Notes: a model not told the origin generated them from the sequence alone. Shown: positions 1 to 12,608, counted from the first letter of the stretch. The stretch is DNA of 64,000 bases from Octopus sinensis (GCF_006345805.1 NC_043021.1:15438001-15502000); one strand, 5' to 3'. Numbers and translations are program-made.

Positions 1-75
1 TCAGGAATATTGCCATCACAGTCAATTATACTCTAGAGAAACCAAGTAACCAGCCCTATGGGCCTTAGGACTTGA
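1..75 (+). mobile_element. 3' end of SINE family E, cut by the window edge
   Basis: GAAACCAAGTAACCAGCCCTATGGGCCTTAGGACTTG matches the 3' end of the copy at 58255-58490 (GAAACCGAATAACCAGCCCTGTGTGATTTAGGACTTG). Confidence 0.5.
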
Positions 76-304
76 GATAGTAATGTCCATGTATGTGCAT
101 ACATAGATGTGTACATTATTTGTCATATTGCTGTATTTATGACGATAATTTTGTTCAGGAATAAACCACTACTAAGTTCTGTGTAAAGGGTAAAGACCCC
201 CTTCAGTCATGAATGACCATGGGATTGCACCGAGAAAGTTCCCCTCTGAGGCAGAAGTCTGGGTAAGGTTGTTTATGGAGGACCTGCAGTCACCCATGCA
301 TTTA

Positions 305-594
305 AGTGTGATCGTTGCCAGTGCTGCCAGACTGGTTCCTATGCAGGTGGCATGTAAAAAGCATCATTTTAGCTTGGCCAATGCCAATACCGCCTGACTG
401 GCCCTCGCGGCAGTGGCACGTAAAAGCACCCACTACACTCTCGGAGTGGTTGGCGTTAGGAAGGGCATCCATCTGTAAAAACACTGCCAGATCAGACTGG
501 AGCCTGGTGCAGCCTCCTGGCTTCCCAGACCCCAGTCGAGCTGTCCAACCCATGCCAGCATGGAAAGCGGATGTTAAACGATGATGATGATGAC
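305..594 (+). mobile_element. SINE-like family C (tandem units plus RTE-type tail)
   Basis: Units containing GTGGCAYGTAAAAAGCA, then CCCACTACACTCTCGGAGTGGTTGGCGTTAGGAAGGGCATCC...CATGGAAAGCGGAYGTTAAACGATGATG; over a dozen copies or fragments in the window. Confidence 0.9.
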
Positions 595-960
595 CATGAC
601 GATGATTTATTATGGTCAGAATTAGCTGCTTTAGTTTCAATTTTCCTTTAAATCTTGTCTGTGTGTGTTTTATATATAAAAAAAAAAAACAAGCATCTAG
701 TGAAGAATTAATATATTGCTCAGAGCTTTGAAATAGTCAGGTTGGCTTTTTGTAGTAAATATATATTCGTGTGTGTGTCTGTGTGTGTGTGTGACTAGGT
801 TGAAGTTTGATGAAAATTTTGATGAAAACTAATAAATGTTTGAGTGAAGTTAACAAGTTTTGTTTGTTTTTGACTGGTTAATAATGTGTGCCTTCCAAGC
901 TGTAATTGCTTTAGTTTCCTCCAAAAGTCTCTGATCAAATCACTTGCTAGACATCTCATT

Positions 961-1184
961 AGCATCATCGTTTAGTGTCTCTTTTCCCCGGTTGCCACGG
1001 GCTGGATGATTTGACAAGATCTGACAAGCTGCATCACTGTTTCAAATTCCAGTGTCAGCCTGTGAAAGCCACACGATTCTATGACTCCATATATTATACT
1101 ACAGATTTACGAATATATATTTTGTAAACTTACCCAAGCATACATGGAAGATGGACGTTAAACAGTGATGGTGATGATGATGAT
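961..1184. mobile_element. Two decayed C/RTE tail remnants in opposite orientation
   Basis: CATCATCGTTTAGTGTC... (minus, ~961-1050) and ...CATGGAAGATGGACGTTAAACAGTGATG (plus, ~1131-1184). Confidence 0.55.
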
Positions 1185-1245
1185 ATTTTGTAAACTAACT
1201 TTGGAAGTGCTGCATGTGTTTCGTATTTTACAGACAAATATTTCA

Positions 1246-1394
1246 AATGCAGTATAGCCGTGAAAACAGCAGAAAGAGTGGGTATTTTACCCTTATAAAA
1301 TGGTAAAATACTGTGGCTGTCTGCTGACTATTTTTTCTGTCTTACACAGGTAAAATACCCAATCTTTTTGCTGTTTTCATAGCTATACTACATT
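1246..1394. mobile_element. Small hairpin MITE-like inverted repeat
   Basis: 1252-1291 pairs with 1349-1388 (40 bp, 4 mismatches); pairing extends to 1246/1394. Confidence 0.7.
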
Positions 1395-1460
1395 GGAAAT
1401 ATTAGTTTCTTGACTGTAAACGCACACACACACACATGCACACACACACGTAGATATAAT

Positions 1461-1630
1461 AGGCAGAAGTGTGGGTGTGTGGTAAGAACCTTACTTCCCA
1501 AACCACATGGTTCTGGGTTCAGTCCTACTGCATGGCACCTTGGGCAATTGTCTTCTGCTATAGCATAGCCTTGGGCCAACCAAAGCCTTGTGGATGGATT
1601 TGGTAGATGGAAACTGAAGGAAGTCTGTTG
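1461..1630 (+). mobile_element. SINE family A, 5' half
   Basis: GTGTGGTAAG...GGTTCAGTCC...GGCACCTTGGGCAA (CORE-like)...GGATTTGGTAGATGGAAACTGAAG, ending in microsatellite. Confidence 0.85.
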
Positions 1631-1869
1631 TGTGTGTGTGTATATATATATATAGAGAGAGAGATATATATTATTTTGGTCAAGTCAGTCTTGTTACTCT
1701 GAGCTGCACCTGTAAGTGCACAGGATGTCCAAGCAAATTACGGCTTATAACTTTCACCTGTCCACCTACAGATGAAACCCAAAACAACGAAAGACTGATT
1801 TGACCAAAATGATAAAAATATTATTTATAAGTACTCTGTTTTTTCTTTTTTGATAGTGAATGCTAAATG

Positions 1870-2158
1870 TGAGTGCATTGTTGCCAGTGCCGCCTGACTG
1901 GCTCCCCGTGCCAGCATCATGCAAAAAGCACCATCTGAACGTGTCTCATGCCGGTATCACATAACTGGTTCCCATGCCGGTGGCATGTAAAAAGCACCCA
2001 CTACACTCTCAGAGTGGTTGGCATTGGGACGGGCATCCATCTGTAGAAACATTATCAGATCAGATTGGAGCCTGGTGCAGCCTCCTGGCTTGCCAGTCCC
2101 CAGGCAAACCATCCAACCCATACCAGCATGGAAGACGGACATTAAATGATTATGATGA
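1870..2158 (+). mobile_element. Family C copy
   Basis: Two internal units plus RTE-type tail ending ATGATTATGATGAT. Confidence 0.85.
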
Positions 2159-2173
2159 TATATATATATAAAT

Positions 2174-2328
2174 GGCGGTGCCCCAGCATGGCCACAGCTC
2201 GTGAGCTGAAACTAGATAAAATAAAAATAAAAATAAAAAAATATATATATATATATATAATCTAAAGGCGGTGCTCCACTATGGCCACAGTCAAATTACT
2301 GAAACAAGTAAAAGAATAAAAGTAAAAA
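2174..2328 (+). mobile_element. Two isolated family A 3' tails
   Basis: GGCGGTGCCCCAGCATGGCCACAG...GAAACTAG and GGCGGTGCTCCACTATGGCCACAGTCAAATTACTGAAACAAGTAAAAG. Confidence 0.75.
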
Positions 2329-2617
2329 ATATATATATATATATATTAATTTCTTACGAATTTTTATGAACTACTTTCTTATGGGTGAGAATGCACATTT
2401 ATGAAAACAAGACTTTTTATTTATTCATTTACTAATTCTGCTGCCATGGCGATGGTAATGGTGGTGGCAGCTTTTTAAAGTCAGGCAATGTTTTGTCAAT
2501 AAACAGTGTTGTATTAATATTGCATTTGATGTCGGAGCAGCAAAGAAACCGCAACTTTTAACCTTATTTGATTCTTCTGTACGAATACTTAATATGTATT
2601 AAAGTAACAAATGAGAC

Positions 2618-3095
2618 AAGCAACAACAACGTCAACAACAACAGCATCAACGACATCCTGACCAATAAATAACAACATCACCCATCAGCGTTGCAAACAA
2701 CAATAATGTAACCGTGAACAACAACAACAGCAGCAGCAATGCCACCATGACCAACTCCAAGAACATCGCCACTAAAATGCAAACATCGTCATCACCAACA
2801 TCACCACCACCAAGAGCAACAACAATTCATTCACCTCCACCAACAACAACAACAACCAGAGTACAACATCACCACCAACAGCACCAGCAGCAATACCACC
2901 ATGACCAACTCCAACAACATCGCCACTAAAATGCAAACATCGTCATCACCAACATCACCACCACCAAGACCAACAACAATTCATTCACCTCCACCAACAA
3001 CAACAACAACAATTCATTCACCACCACCACCAACAACAACAACAACAACAACAACCAGAGTACAACACTAGCACCACCATCAACAGCAGCAGCAG
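2618..3095. repeat. (CAA/CAC/CAT)-rich low-complexity tract with a 154-bp internal duplication
   Basis: CCACCATGACCAACTCCAA...CATCGCCACTAAAATGCAAACATCG starts at 2742 and again at 2896. Confidence 0.9.
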
Positions 3096-3823
3096 AGTAG
3101 CAATTAAATCAGCCAAGGAAATGAATTAACCAAGTCTATAAAAGCGCAGGTGCTATTCTTTGAGCTGAATTTACAAAATTACACTTATTGACTGCTTGTG
3201 TGCGTTCGTTTTGTTGTTGTTGCTGTTGTTGTTGTTGTTGTTGTTGTTGTTGTATTTGTTTTTATTTAATAAACACTTCTTTTGTCAAGTGATGCAAAAA
3301 CTGTTTGACATTTCATGCTATCAGCTTGCTGGAAATGTATTTGACACTTTCGTAGGGGGGGGGGGGAAGAAAATCTAGGATTCAGGAATAAATCTCAGGA
3401 GACAAGATAAACTTTGGTCGATGAGTTTTGCAGAAGCATCCGCTGTTGTTCTTGCTACTGTTGCTGCTGCTGTCGTTGTTTACAGTGTTTCTAATAAACC
3501 ATTAATAACAAAACAACATTGTGCGTGCGTATGTGTATGTATGTGTGTGTGTGTATGTGTGTGTGTGGATATGTGTGAGCATGAAGGGAGAATATATGTG
3601 TGGGTATGTGTTGGTGTTGCTGTTTCTGGTGTTTCCTTGTTTCCAGTCTTCAGCACAAAAACAGGAAACTCGGAGTAGCAACAAGTCGAAGCCTCAGGTT
3701 TGAATCAATAAAGTTCAACATGTATTGAGTGCATTTCCCTACCCTCCTTTATTTGTTATTCAAATGCATTTCTTTTTCACCGCATATATATCATCATCAT
3801 CATCATCGTTTAGCGTCCGTTTT

Positions 3824-3859
<36 letters not shown>

Positions 3860-3889
3860 CTATATTTATGTATGTATGTATGTATGTAT

Positions 3890-4056
3890 AGGTGCAGGTA
3901 TGGCTGTGTGGTAAGAAGCTTGCTTCCCAACCACATGGTTCTGGGTTCAGTCTTACTGTGTGGCACCTTGGGCAAGGGTCTTCTACTATATACTTAAGCT
4001 GACCAAAGCCTTGTGAGTGAATTTTGGGAGATGGAAACTGAAAGAAGCCTGTTGTG

Positions 4057-4095
<39 letters not shown>

Positions 4096-4288
4096 TTGTT
4101 CCCCACAACTGCTTAACAACCGGTATTGGTGTGTTTATGTTCCTATAACTTAGCAGTTTGACAAAGTGGCTGATAGAATAAGTACTAGTACTTAAAAGGA
4201 TAATTCTTGTGGTCGATTTGTTCAACTGAAATCCTTCAAGGTAGTGCCCCAGCATGGTCGCAGTCAAATGACTGAAACAAGTAAAAGA
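3890..4288 (+). mobile_element. Full-length SINE family A
   Basis: Pol III box-like head, CORE-like block, internal (TA)n(TG)n, tail CAGCATGGTCGCAGTCAAATGACTGAAACAAGTAAAAGA. Confidence 0.9.
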
Positions 4289-4449
4289 TCTATTCAACCC
4301 ACATGCAGCTGTTGCTGAGCAGCATTTAACTGTTTAACAATTATAAAGAGTGTTCTTTAATGGGTTTTGGACATTTACTCAGCAACTCAAAGCTAGTGTG
4401 CAGTGTAGAAACAAATGTTGGGATCTACTATTAAAGCCTGATATCCTCC

Positions 4450-4612
4450 AAGAGAGGAAGAGGCCGACCAAGAACCCGCCGGCTTGACACCATCAAGAGT
4501 GATACCGGAATGGAAATAGCCGATCTGAAAGAAGCGGGCCAGGATAGAACTGACTGGAGGACACTGATCCATCGAGTAACCGAGAGTCGACTTCGACTGA
4601 GCGGATAGATAG
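4450..4612 (+). mobile_element. RTE (BovB-like) LINE 3' end, 5'-truncated
   Basis: 4450-4608 translates KRGRGRPRTRRLDTIKSDTGMEIADLKEAGQDRTDWRTLIHRVTESRLRLSG*, resembling the BovB RT C-terminus; GATA tail; second copy at 60094. Confidence 0.85.
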
Positions 4613-4649
4613 AGATCCTCCATCTTATCCACATATAAGGAGGGAGAGG

Positions 4650-4800
4650 TGCATCAGCCCTGGATGGGGACTCCTTTACAGCTGAGTGGACTGGAGCAAC
4701 ATGAAATGAAGTGCCTTACAGAAGGACGCAATGCACTACTTGTCCCAGAAATTAAACCCAAGCTGTTATTATCGTGATCAATACTCTAACCTGTAGGCTA
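4650..4800 (-). mobile_element. SINE family E/F fragment (CORE-type)
   Basis: TTTACAGCTGAGTGGACTGGAGCAACATGAAATGAAGTG shared with 16522-16808, 42983-43250 and 58255-58490. Confidence 0.7.
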
Positions 4801-5340
4801 TGCACCTTCATAAGTATCCTATACTACTTGTTATATAGTGTTCACTATTTGTTGATTTTGTTCTTTGCCTGCTTGTCTGTCTGTCTCCACCTCTCTCTCA
4901 TCTCTCTGACATTTCCAAAGTCTCCTTTAATTCTACCATTACCCCACCGACCACCATTAACCGGTCTGTTAAAAGTAGTTTTCTGTTCTGAACTGAGATC
5001 AAGTTTATTGCAAAATATTATTTGTCCATTCCTATAAACTAATTGAGGTTCAATTAAATTTAATTAATATTTAAATACTGCAATCTTGTTAATGGAGTCA
5101 CGCGCCAGACGTGTTAGCAAATTAGATTTGCTAGATTTAAATGCATTTTGTGGAGTTTAGAATTTTCTCATCTTCGCATTTTAGAAATGAAAGAGTGAAG
5201 GGGAAGAGGAGGAAGGGACAGTTTTTGTAAAATGCCTTGTTAATAAATCTTAATTAAGGGAAGGTTACTCGTTTACTGATTTAAGTGAAATATGTTAAGA
5301 TAAATATGGGGCCCTTTTCTATAGTTTCAAATAGCTTTTA

Positions 5341-5932
5341 TCTTTATCTGTCATTTGTTTCTCTAGACTGAGGCCATACTGGACCACTACCTTGAAAGGT
5401 CCAGTCAAACAAATTGAGCCCAGTCCTTTTTTTTTTGAAGCCTGGTTCTTATTCTCTCAATCTCATCTGGCCAAACCACTAAGTCACAAGGATCTAAACA
5501 AACCACTGGTTGTTAAGCAGTGTTGAGTCATGCACACACAGACACACCAGGCTTTTTTCAGTTTGTATCTACAAAATCCTCTTGCAAGACTTTGGTTGGT
5601 GTGTGGCTATAGTGGAAGACACTTGCCCAAGGTGCCATGCAGTAGAACTGAACCCAGAACCATGTGGTCGGGGAGCAAACTTATTATTTCTTTATTGCCC
5701 ACAAGGGGCTAAACATAGAGGGGACAAACAAGGACAGACAAAGGGATTAAGTCGATTACATCGATCCCAGTGCATAACTGGTACTTAATTTATTGACCCC
5801 GAAAGAATGAAAGGCACAGTCGACCTTGGCGGAATTTGAACTCAGAACGTAACGGCAGACGAAATACCGCTAAGCATTTCACCTGGCATGCTAACGTTTC
5901 TGCCAGCTCGCCACCTTCTTACCACACAGCTA
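5341..5932 (-). mobile_element. Family A copy interrupted by a B1 insertion (5683-5915)
   Basis: The A head ...GGAGCAAACTT resumes as CTTACCACACAGC after a complete B1 copy. Confidence 0.8.
5683..5915 (-). mobile_element. SINE family B1 (tRNA-like head, Meta/MESC-like domain)
   Basis: Reverse complement of GGCGAGCTGGCAGAAACGTTAGC...GAGTTCAAATTCCGCCAAGGTCGAC...CCTTGTGGGCAATAAAGAAATA. Confidence 0.9.
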
Positions 5933-5939
5933 CGTTTTT

Positions 5940-5995
5940 TGTCTTTTACTTGTTTCAGTCATTAGACTGTGGCCATGCTGGGGCACCACCTTCGA
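5940..5995 (-). mobile_element. Family A 3' tail fragment
   Basis: TCTTTTACTTGTTTCAGTCATTAGACTGTGGCCATGCTGGGGCACCACC. Confidence 0.75.
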
Positions 5996-7134
5996 CAACT
6001 TTATTCTCTCTTTTACTCAAAAGAAAAAGGAAATATATTTTCTTAAGGCATGCTATAGAAACATCTTCAGAACCGGTGTCAGTTCATTATTGGGGAATTT
6101 TTGTAAATTAGCATATATCTCTGAAGGCATGCATGCATGCTTGCTTGCAGATGCACGTGCATGTGAGAGAAAGAGTGAGGGATGATGCACCTCTCCCCCC
6201 TTAACTTGATATCCCTTAATTTATGCTTTTCATGAATTGATTCAATAGTTCTACTCTAATGAACAAACATGTTAGAAAGTTCTTATAAACAACTCTTTGA
6301 ACATTTTCATGTGCCCCCCCCCCACCGCACGCCCTCCACCAACAAAAACCCCTTCACTAAGATATTTGAGGGTTTTGAAGAGAGCATAGTAGTAAATATA
6401 TCTATCAAGTCTATCTCTATTAATGCCGTCTTTCCATGCTTCTATTTAAACTACGCTTGCTTCCTCTTTTCTTTTCTTTTCTTCTAAATTGGTTACGGGC
6501 TTTTTTTTTTTTACCTTTTCTTTTTCATTTTTTTTTTTGGTTCTGTTTCTGATCATGTCTAAGTGGTGCTCTATTTTACATACACACGTATCTTTTGGGA
6601 TTGAACTTAGCAAAAAAAAAAAAAAAGAAAAAAAAATGCACCACCCCACCCTCTTTGCATGTAACATCAGAGTTCATTTTTATTACTTTATTGCTAGCTC
6701 TTGGATATTTTACCTTGAATATGCAGTGATCATTTTCCATTGCTTTCAACCGACTTCAAATATATTAGCTTCTTTAAATACAGTCACATTTTCTGTCTTT
6801 TTTTTCTTCTTTTCATTTCTTGCATTCCCCCCCCCTCCCTCACAATCTACTATTTTCAAAACATCAGCGCTGGGTTTCCTGATTGAGTTTTTGGCACTAT
6901 TTCGAATACTTTCCTCCGTTTCTAAATGCAGCCTCTAATGTAGTTCAGTTTCTAAAATGGAATTCTCATGTCTTTGTAGTTTTTGTCACTTCCATTTTTT
7001 CTCTCTGCATTTTCTCATATTCAGCACTTTTTTTTTCCCCTCTCAAGTCCTATTCCTCAGGTGATCACTGCACTAGGTCACCTTTTTGGTTGGTTTCATA
7101 AACATGTAGGGTTTGTGAAGACTTATTGAGGCAA

Positions 7135-7450
7135 GTGAAATCAAATCAAAATCGCTGATGTGGCTGATGACAATACCACCTGATTGGCACTGATGCCAGT
7201 GGAACGTTAAAAGCACATCCGAGCGTGATAGTTGCCAGGGCCACGGACTGGCTTCCATGCCAGTGGCACGTAAAAAGCACCATTCGAGTGTGATCATTGC
7301 CAGTGTCGCCTTACCAGCACATGTGCTGGTGGTGTGTGAAAAATCACATTCAAGCGTGGTTGTTGCCAGTGCTGCTGGACTGGCTCCCGTGCAGGTAGTA
7401 TGTAAAAAATGCCTTTCGAGCGTGGTCGTTGCCAGAATCGCCTGACTGAC
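7135..7450 (+). mobile_element. Family C 5' part: at least four diverged ~65-bp units, no tail
   Basis: Repeated GACTGGC...GTGGCACGTAAAAAGCACC...CGAGYGTG...TTGCCAG motif. Confidence 0.75.
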
Positions 7451-7662
7451 CCTCCATCTTTATCGTAGTTCTGGGAAATATAGTACGTAGCTGTGTCTCT
7501 ATAATGCTTCCCTTTAGTTTCTGTATTGGTGCATGTGACTTTGCCTTATGTAGCAGGAACTGAGTTTTGTGAGATTTGAAATTCAAAGTTATATACTTAT
7601 GGCAGAATTCTGTCAAATGTGACACAAGTTTTGACAAATAAGACAATTCCTGTCTGCATATA

Positions 7663-7871
7663 CTCTTTTACTTGTTTCAGTCATTTGACTGCGGCCATGC
7701 TGGAGCACCGCCTTTAATCGAGCAACTTGACCCTGGGACTTATTCTTTTGTAAGCCCAGTACTTATTCTATTGGTCTCTTTTGCCGAACCGCTAAGTAAT
7801 GGGGACATAAACACGTCAGCATCGGTTGTCAAGCAATGCTAGGGGGACAAACACAAACACACACATGCATA

Positions 7872-7919
<48 letters not shown>

Positions 7920-8100
7920 TATATACATACATATATACGACGGGCTTCTTTCAGTTTCCGTCTACCAAATCCACTCACAAGGCTTTGGTCGGCCTGCGGC
8001 TATAGTAGAAGACACTTGCCCAAGGTGCCACGCAGTGGGACTGAACCCGGAACCATGTGGTCGGTAAATAAGCTACTTACCACACAGCCACTCCTGCACC
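7663..8100 (-). mobile_element. Full-length, apparently young SINE family A
   Basis: Near-identical (reverse complement) to 12214-12608 and 62122-62519; CpGs retained. Confidence 0.92.
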
Positions 8101-8659
8101 TAGTGTATTTACATATTCACCAAAGTATCAAGTTTCTTTCTTCAGCTTGGTCTGCCTATCAGTAACTGCTGAGACTAGCCACCTGTAACACATGCAAATA
8201 GTGGTTATGAACTTTGAGAAATACATGCAGCTGAAACCTAATTCCGTGTTGCAATGACTCTCAGATCAATTATGTGAAGTAAGGTTTACTTGACTCCTCC
8301 ATACTGATCACAAGATAGTTTGTGGTTATTTAGCGGCACTTGTAATTGCTGTTAGATTTGACTAATGATATAGTTAAATCGGTTTATCGATAATGTATTT
8401 GATCTTTCTGGTCAATTGTTGTTTGACTGCATCCGTTGGAAGTTTTATTATATGATGCAAAATGTGTGTGTGTGTGTGTGGGGGGGGGGGATTTGGGAGT
8501 TGAAGGAAGGTACCCTAGGCTGGAGCATGATGGATGGTGGTACATAGATCACAGATTGCATTTGTGGCACTGATGGACCACTGTGGTAATAATACATTCA
8601 GCTGGTGCCTTCAATTTCGACGTGACCAGGACTGTATGTATTCAACAGTCAGTTCTGCT

Positions 8660-8706
8660 GCTGCTACTAGCTACCACCACCATCACCATAACTGCTGCTG
8701 CTGCTG

Positions 8707-8742
<36 letters not shown>

Positions 8743-8820
8743 TATTGCTCCTTTTATCCCCGATATGTTTGGTGTCTATTTATAAACCATTTCTAAATGC
8801 AAATGTAAAGGTTGAAAATA

Positions 8821-8875
<55 letters not shown>

Positions 8876-8878
8876 GTT
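8660..8878. repeat. (GCT)n/(ACT)n and (TAT)n microsatellites
   Basis: Trinucleotide runs seen directly. Confidence 0.9.
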
Positions 8879-9604
8879 TAAATAGAAAAGAAAAAGAGAA
8901 ACCTGGAATTAGTTACTATAAAATTATCTTGCTGTAGTTGTAATTATACATCTATTTATTTATTTCTTTTTACTCCGAAAGGGTAAAATAAAAATAAACA
9001 CACACACACACACACATGACAAAAGTTAGAATGTTGGGTGGTTTGAGAGAACAATTTTGAAATTTCAGTGATTACAGTGACATTTTGAGATATAAATGTC
9101 TATCATCCAACTCAAAAATGATATTTTTTTAAATGTTGTCCTGCCCTCCCTCTGTCCCCGCTGCCTATATATTCAGTATAATTAGTATGTTAACATTCTT
9201 GTAACTAAACTAAGAAGACAATGGTCTCTCCGTAATCACCTGATCGTGCAAGGCTTAAATAGTGAAAAAAAAAGGGGAAAATAATAAAATGGAAATAAAA
9301 TGGAAAAAAAATAGATGCGTTTACTCCACCCCTCATGATGAAGTCAATGAGTTTGAGGTCAGTTAGTTTTGGACACTTACGAGACAATTCAATCACTTCT
9401 ATATTAATGGAGCCAGTGAAGGAGACCCTAAGTAACCTAGGATCTCCCTTGCGTTAAAACCTACTGCCTTAAAAAAAGGGACACGTTGGAGTACTTACTC
9501 CTCCTTCTCCTCTTCCTCCCCCTTCAAAAGACACAATGCTGCAGTTTTTTTTTTTTTTTTTTGTCTGAGTGAAAATCTCTTCAGAGACATACTGTGTTAA
9601 AAGA

Positions 9605-9861
9605 CCTGATACATATACCTATTTCTTTACTACCTACAAGGAACTTAACACAGAGGGGACAAACAAGGGCAGACAAACGGATTAAGTCGATTATATCGAC
9701 CCCAATGCGTAACTGGTACTTATTTAATCGACCCCGAAAGGATGAAAGGCGAAGTCGACCTCAGTGGAATTTGAACTCGGAACGTAACGGCAGACGAAAT
9801 ACGGCTACACATTTCGCCCGGCGTGCTAACGTTTCTGCCAGCTTGCTGCCTGATACATATA
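9605..9861 (-). mobile_element. B1 SINE with a 13-bp target-site duplication
   Basis: CCTGATACATATA at 9605-9617 and 9849-9861 flanks a complete B1. Confidence 0.92.
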
Positions 9862-10046
9862 TCAGAGCACAGTAAACATTGCCATGGCAGTGACCCAGAA
9901 GAATGCTGGGTGCATTTCAGCCTACTCGGTCCTTGTGAATGATGTGTACTCACTAGTCATCTACCTTTACAAAACTGCTCGTTTTTCAATACATAGTAAA
10001 CAGTCAATAATACATTCACTGTTATTGCAGTGAAAGGCCTATCAGA

Positions 10047-10077
<31 letters not shown>

Positions 10078-10083
10078 GTGTAT

Positions 10084-10280
10084 ACAGGGTTGGCCAAAAG
10101 TCACCCGACAGTAAATCAAAACCATTCAATTCCAAAATTTATTTCTGTTTAACAACTGAATGAATTTAATGAAAGCATCTAATTATGAAACATCATGAAA
10201 ATTGTTCAAACTGAAGTCGTTCTTGAATGACAAATTTTTCCATTCCGAGTCAAAATCCAGTGGCTAGCCTTCTCCACTGT
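10084..10280. mobile_element. One end of a Tc1/mariner-like element
   Basis: TA|CAGGGTTGGCCAAAAGT resembles the TIR of the MITE at 22306; no partner TIR found. Confidence 0.4.
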
Positions 10281-10914
10281 AGATTAGAATAGACACAGAT
10301 TAGTTGGGAAGCCTAATCTTTGGATTCTTATACGTCCTGTCATATATCTTTCACCTTGTTATCTGTTTAAAAACGAATGAAAAAAATGTCATCACCATCA
10401 TCATCATTTTTACTACTACTGCTACTACTACTAGTTTATTGAATGGAGTTAGGTGTGTCTGTATATTTTTTATGAGTTTCACTGAAATTGCACTGAGTTG
10501 GCAGGTATCCAACAACGATGTGTTGTGTCTGATGGTAGAAAGTGTGTTGCACTCATTCACTGTCACTCTCACACATTTCTATGGTTGCTCCTGTTCTTTC
10601 TTCTGTGAGGTACTTTTACATGAGCGACCTCAGCAATCAGGCTGTCTGTGATAGGGGCCTAGGCAACAGGGCTGCCGTAGTGGATTTGTGGATATCTGAA
10701 AGTGTTGAACTTTGTGTAAGACATACAGGCTGGGGGCAAAAATCACAAAAGAGTTTCGATATTTACTACTCTGTTTTACATTTTTGCTTTTGTTTTAAAC
10801 TAACAGTACCATGGCATCATATTCGGTCTATCATCAGCAGCATTTAATGTCCATTGTTCCTGCGATGCTCTTTTGCAGCCATCACATGATGTCAAGGTAA
10901 ACATATACATAAAC

Positions 10915-11153
10915 ATGCACACACACACACATTGTATATATATATATATACACACACACAATGTGTATATATGTATATATATTTATATATATGTGGGTAT
11001 ATATATATATGTATGTGTATATGTATATATATGTATGTGTGTATATGTATATATATGTATGTGTATATGTGTATATGTATATATATGTATGTGTATATGT
11101 GTATATGTATATATGTATGTGTATATGTATATATATATATATGTGTGTATGTG

Positions 11154-11190
<37 letters not shown>

Positions 11191-11243
11191 GTGTATGTGT
11201 ATATGTGTATATGTATATATGTATGTGTATGTGTATATATATA

Positions 11244-11274
<31 letters not shown>

Positions 11275-11355
11275 GTGTGTGTGTGTATATGTATATATAT
11301 ATATATATGTGTGTGTGTGTATGTGTATATATGTGTGTGTGTGTGTGTGTGTGTA
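10915..11355. repeat. Compound (TA)n/(TG)n microsatellite
   Basis: Seen directly; source of the YIYI/VCVC ORFs. Confidence 0.95.
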
Positions 11356-12213
11356 AAGTGGTTGTTGTAAGGAAAGATATCCAATCACGGAAACCTTGCT
11401 AAAGGAAACACTGGGGACCAACAGAGCCATCAAGTTAATTGGATCTTGCCAGACCTTCCAACTCTGCCAACACAGAACAGAGATGTTAAGCGATGAGGAT
11501 GATGATGATTATGTTGAAAGAGATGTGGTCATCATTGTGTCTGTCTTTCTGACGACTTTGATGTAATTTGGAGTTACAAATTAGAAAATGCATTGAAAAC
11601 AGTCAAACCTTAAAAATATTCAGAAGAAAAAGAAAAGAAACTCATGAATGAAAGGAAAAGAAACATGTTTACATTGAAAAATGTGACGTTTGTAGCTGTA
11701 GCTGGTCGGTTGGAGGAAATGGTTCGACAAAAGATTTTCTTGCTTGAATATTCATAAGGAATCTTTTAATGTAGAAAAGTAATTATTCTCCATGGTAATT
11801 TGAGTTGTTGTCTACTTAACGGTATTACGCTGTGACGTTAGTGGAAGCTGAAAGATGATGTAAGTTTAATGAATTTATCACGAGAAGAAAAAAAAAAAAA
11901 CCCCAGAAATTAATGAAATATATAAACATACAAATGAATAAATAAAATAATTGTGGTTTAAGAATTCTTGAAGAACTACGTTTCAATGTAAATGATGATG
12001 ACAATTGCAAAGCTTAAAAATATATCAACAAGAAAATTGGATTATTATTTATTATGTTACGTTATATATATATATATATATTTTTTTTTCTGTTTTCTTA
12101 AACTATTAAACAACTATTGCAAATACATTTTGGAAGCCAATATTTCCTTGGAGTATTTTCTGCAAGTGTTCTCCATAAATATTTATTTGTTGTTGTTGTT
12201 TCTTGTCCGGTAC

Positions 12214-12608
12214 AGGCGCAGGAGTGTCTGTGTGGTAAGTAGCTTCTTTACCAACCACATGGTTCCGGATTCAGTCCCACTGCGTGGCACCTTGGGCAAG
12301 TGTCTTCTACTATAGCCTCGGGCCGACCAAAGCCTTGTGAGTGGTTTTGGTAGACGGAAACTGAAAGAAGCCCGTCGTATATATATATATATATATATAT
12401 GTGTATGTGTGTTTGTGTTTGTCCCTCTAGCATTGCTTGACAACCGATGGTGGTGTGTGTATGTCCCCGTCACTTAGCTGTTCGACAAAAGAGACCGATA
12501 GAATAATAAGTACTGGGCTTACAAAGAATAAGTCCCAGGGTCGAGTTGGTCGATTAAAGGCGGTGCTCCAGCATGGCCGCAGTCAAATGACTGAAACAAG
12601 TAAAAGAG
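12214..12608 (+). mobile_element. Full-length SINE family A
   Basis: Complete head, CORE-like block, microsatellite and tail. Confidence 0.92.

Noticed and set aside
2714-2929. Mucin- or polyQ-like ORF
   Set aside because: The underlying duplication period is 154 bp, not a multiple of three, and the tract is simple (CAA/CAC) sequence.
3130-3150. TATA-box promoter (CTATAAAAG)
   Set aside because: An isolated motif in AT-rich DNA with no supported downstream exon.
6489-6938. 149-aa hydrophobic, membrane-protein-like ORF
   Set aside because: Produced by poly-T runs (Phe/Leu bias).
9205-9396. LRR-like exon (CPKLTDLKL) or Tc1-type DL..IDF...G relic
   Set aside because: Short motif fitting two unrelated explanations weakly, with no supporting neighbouring exon or TIR pair.
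10873-11433. Long ORFs of YIYI/VCVC/THTH type (also about 33000-33990, 39300-39950, 53600-54300, 60700-61950)
   Set aside because: Translations of dinucleotide microsatellites, open in several frames on both strands; no coding signal.
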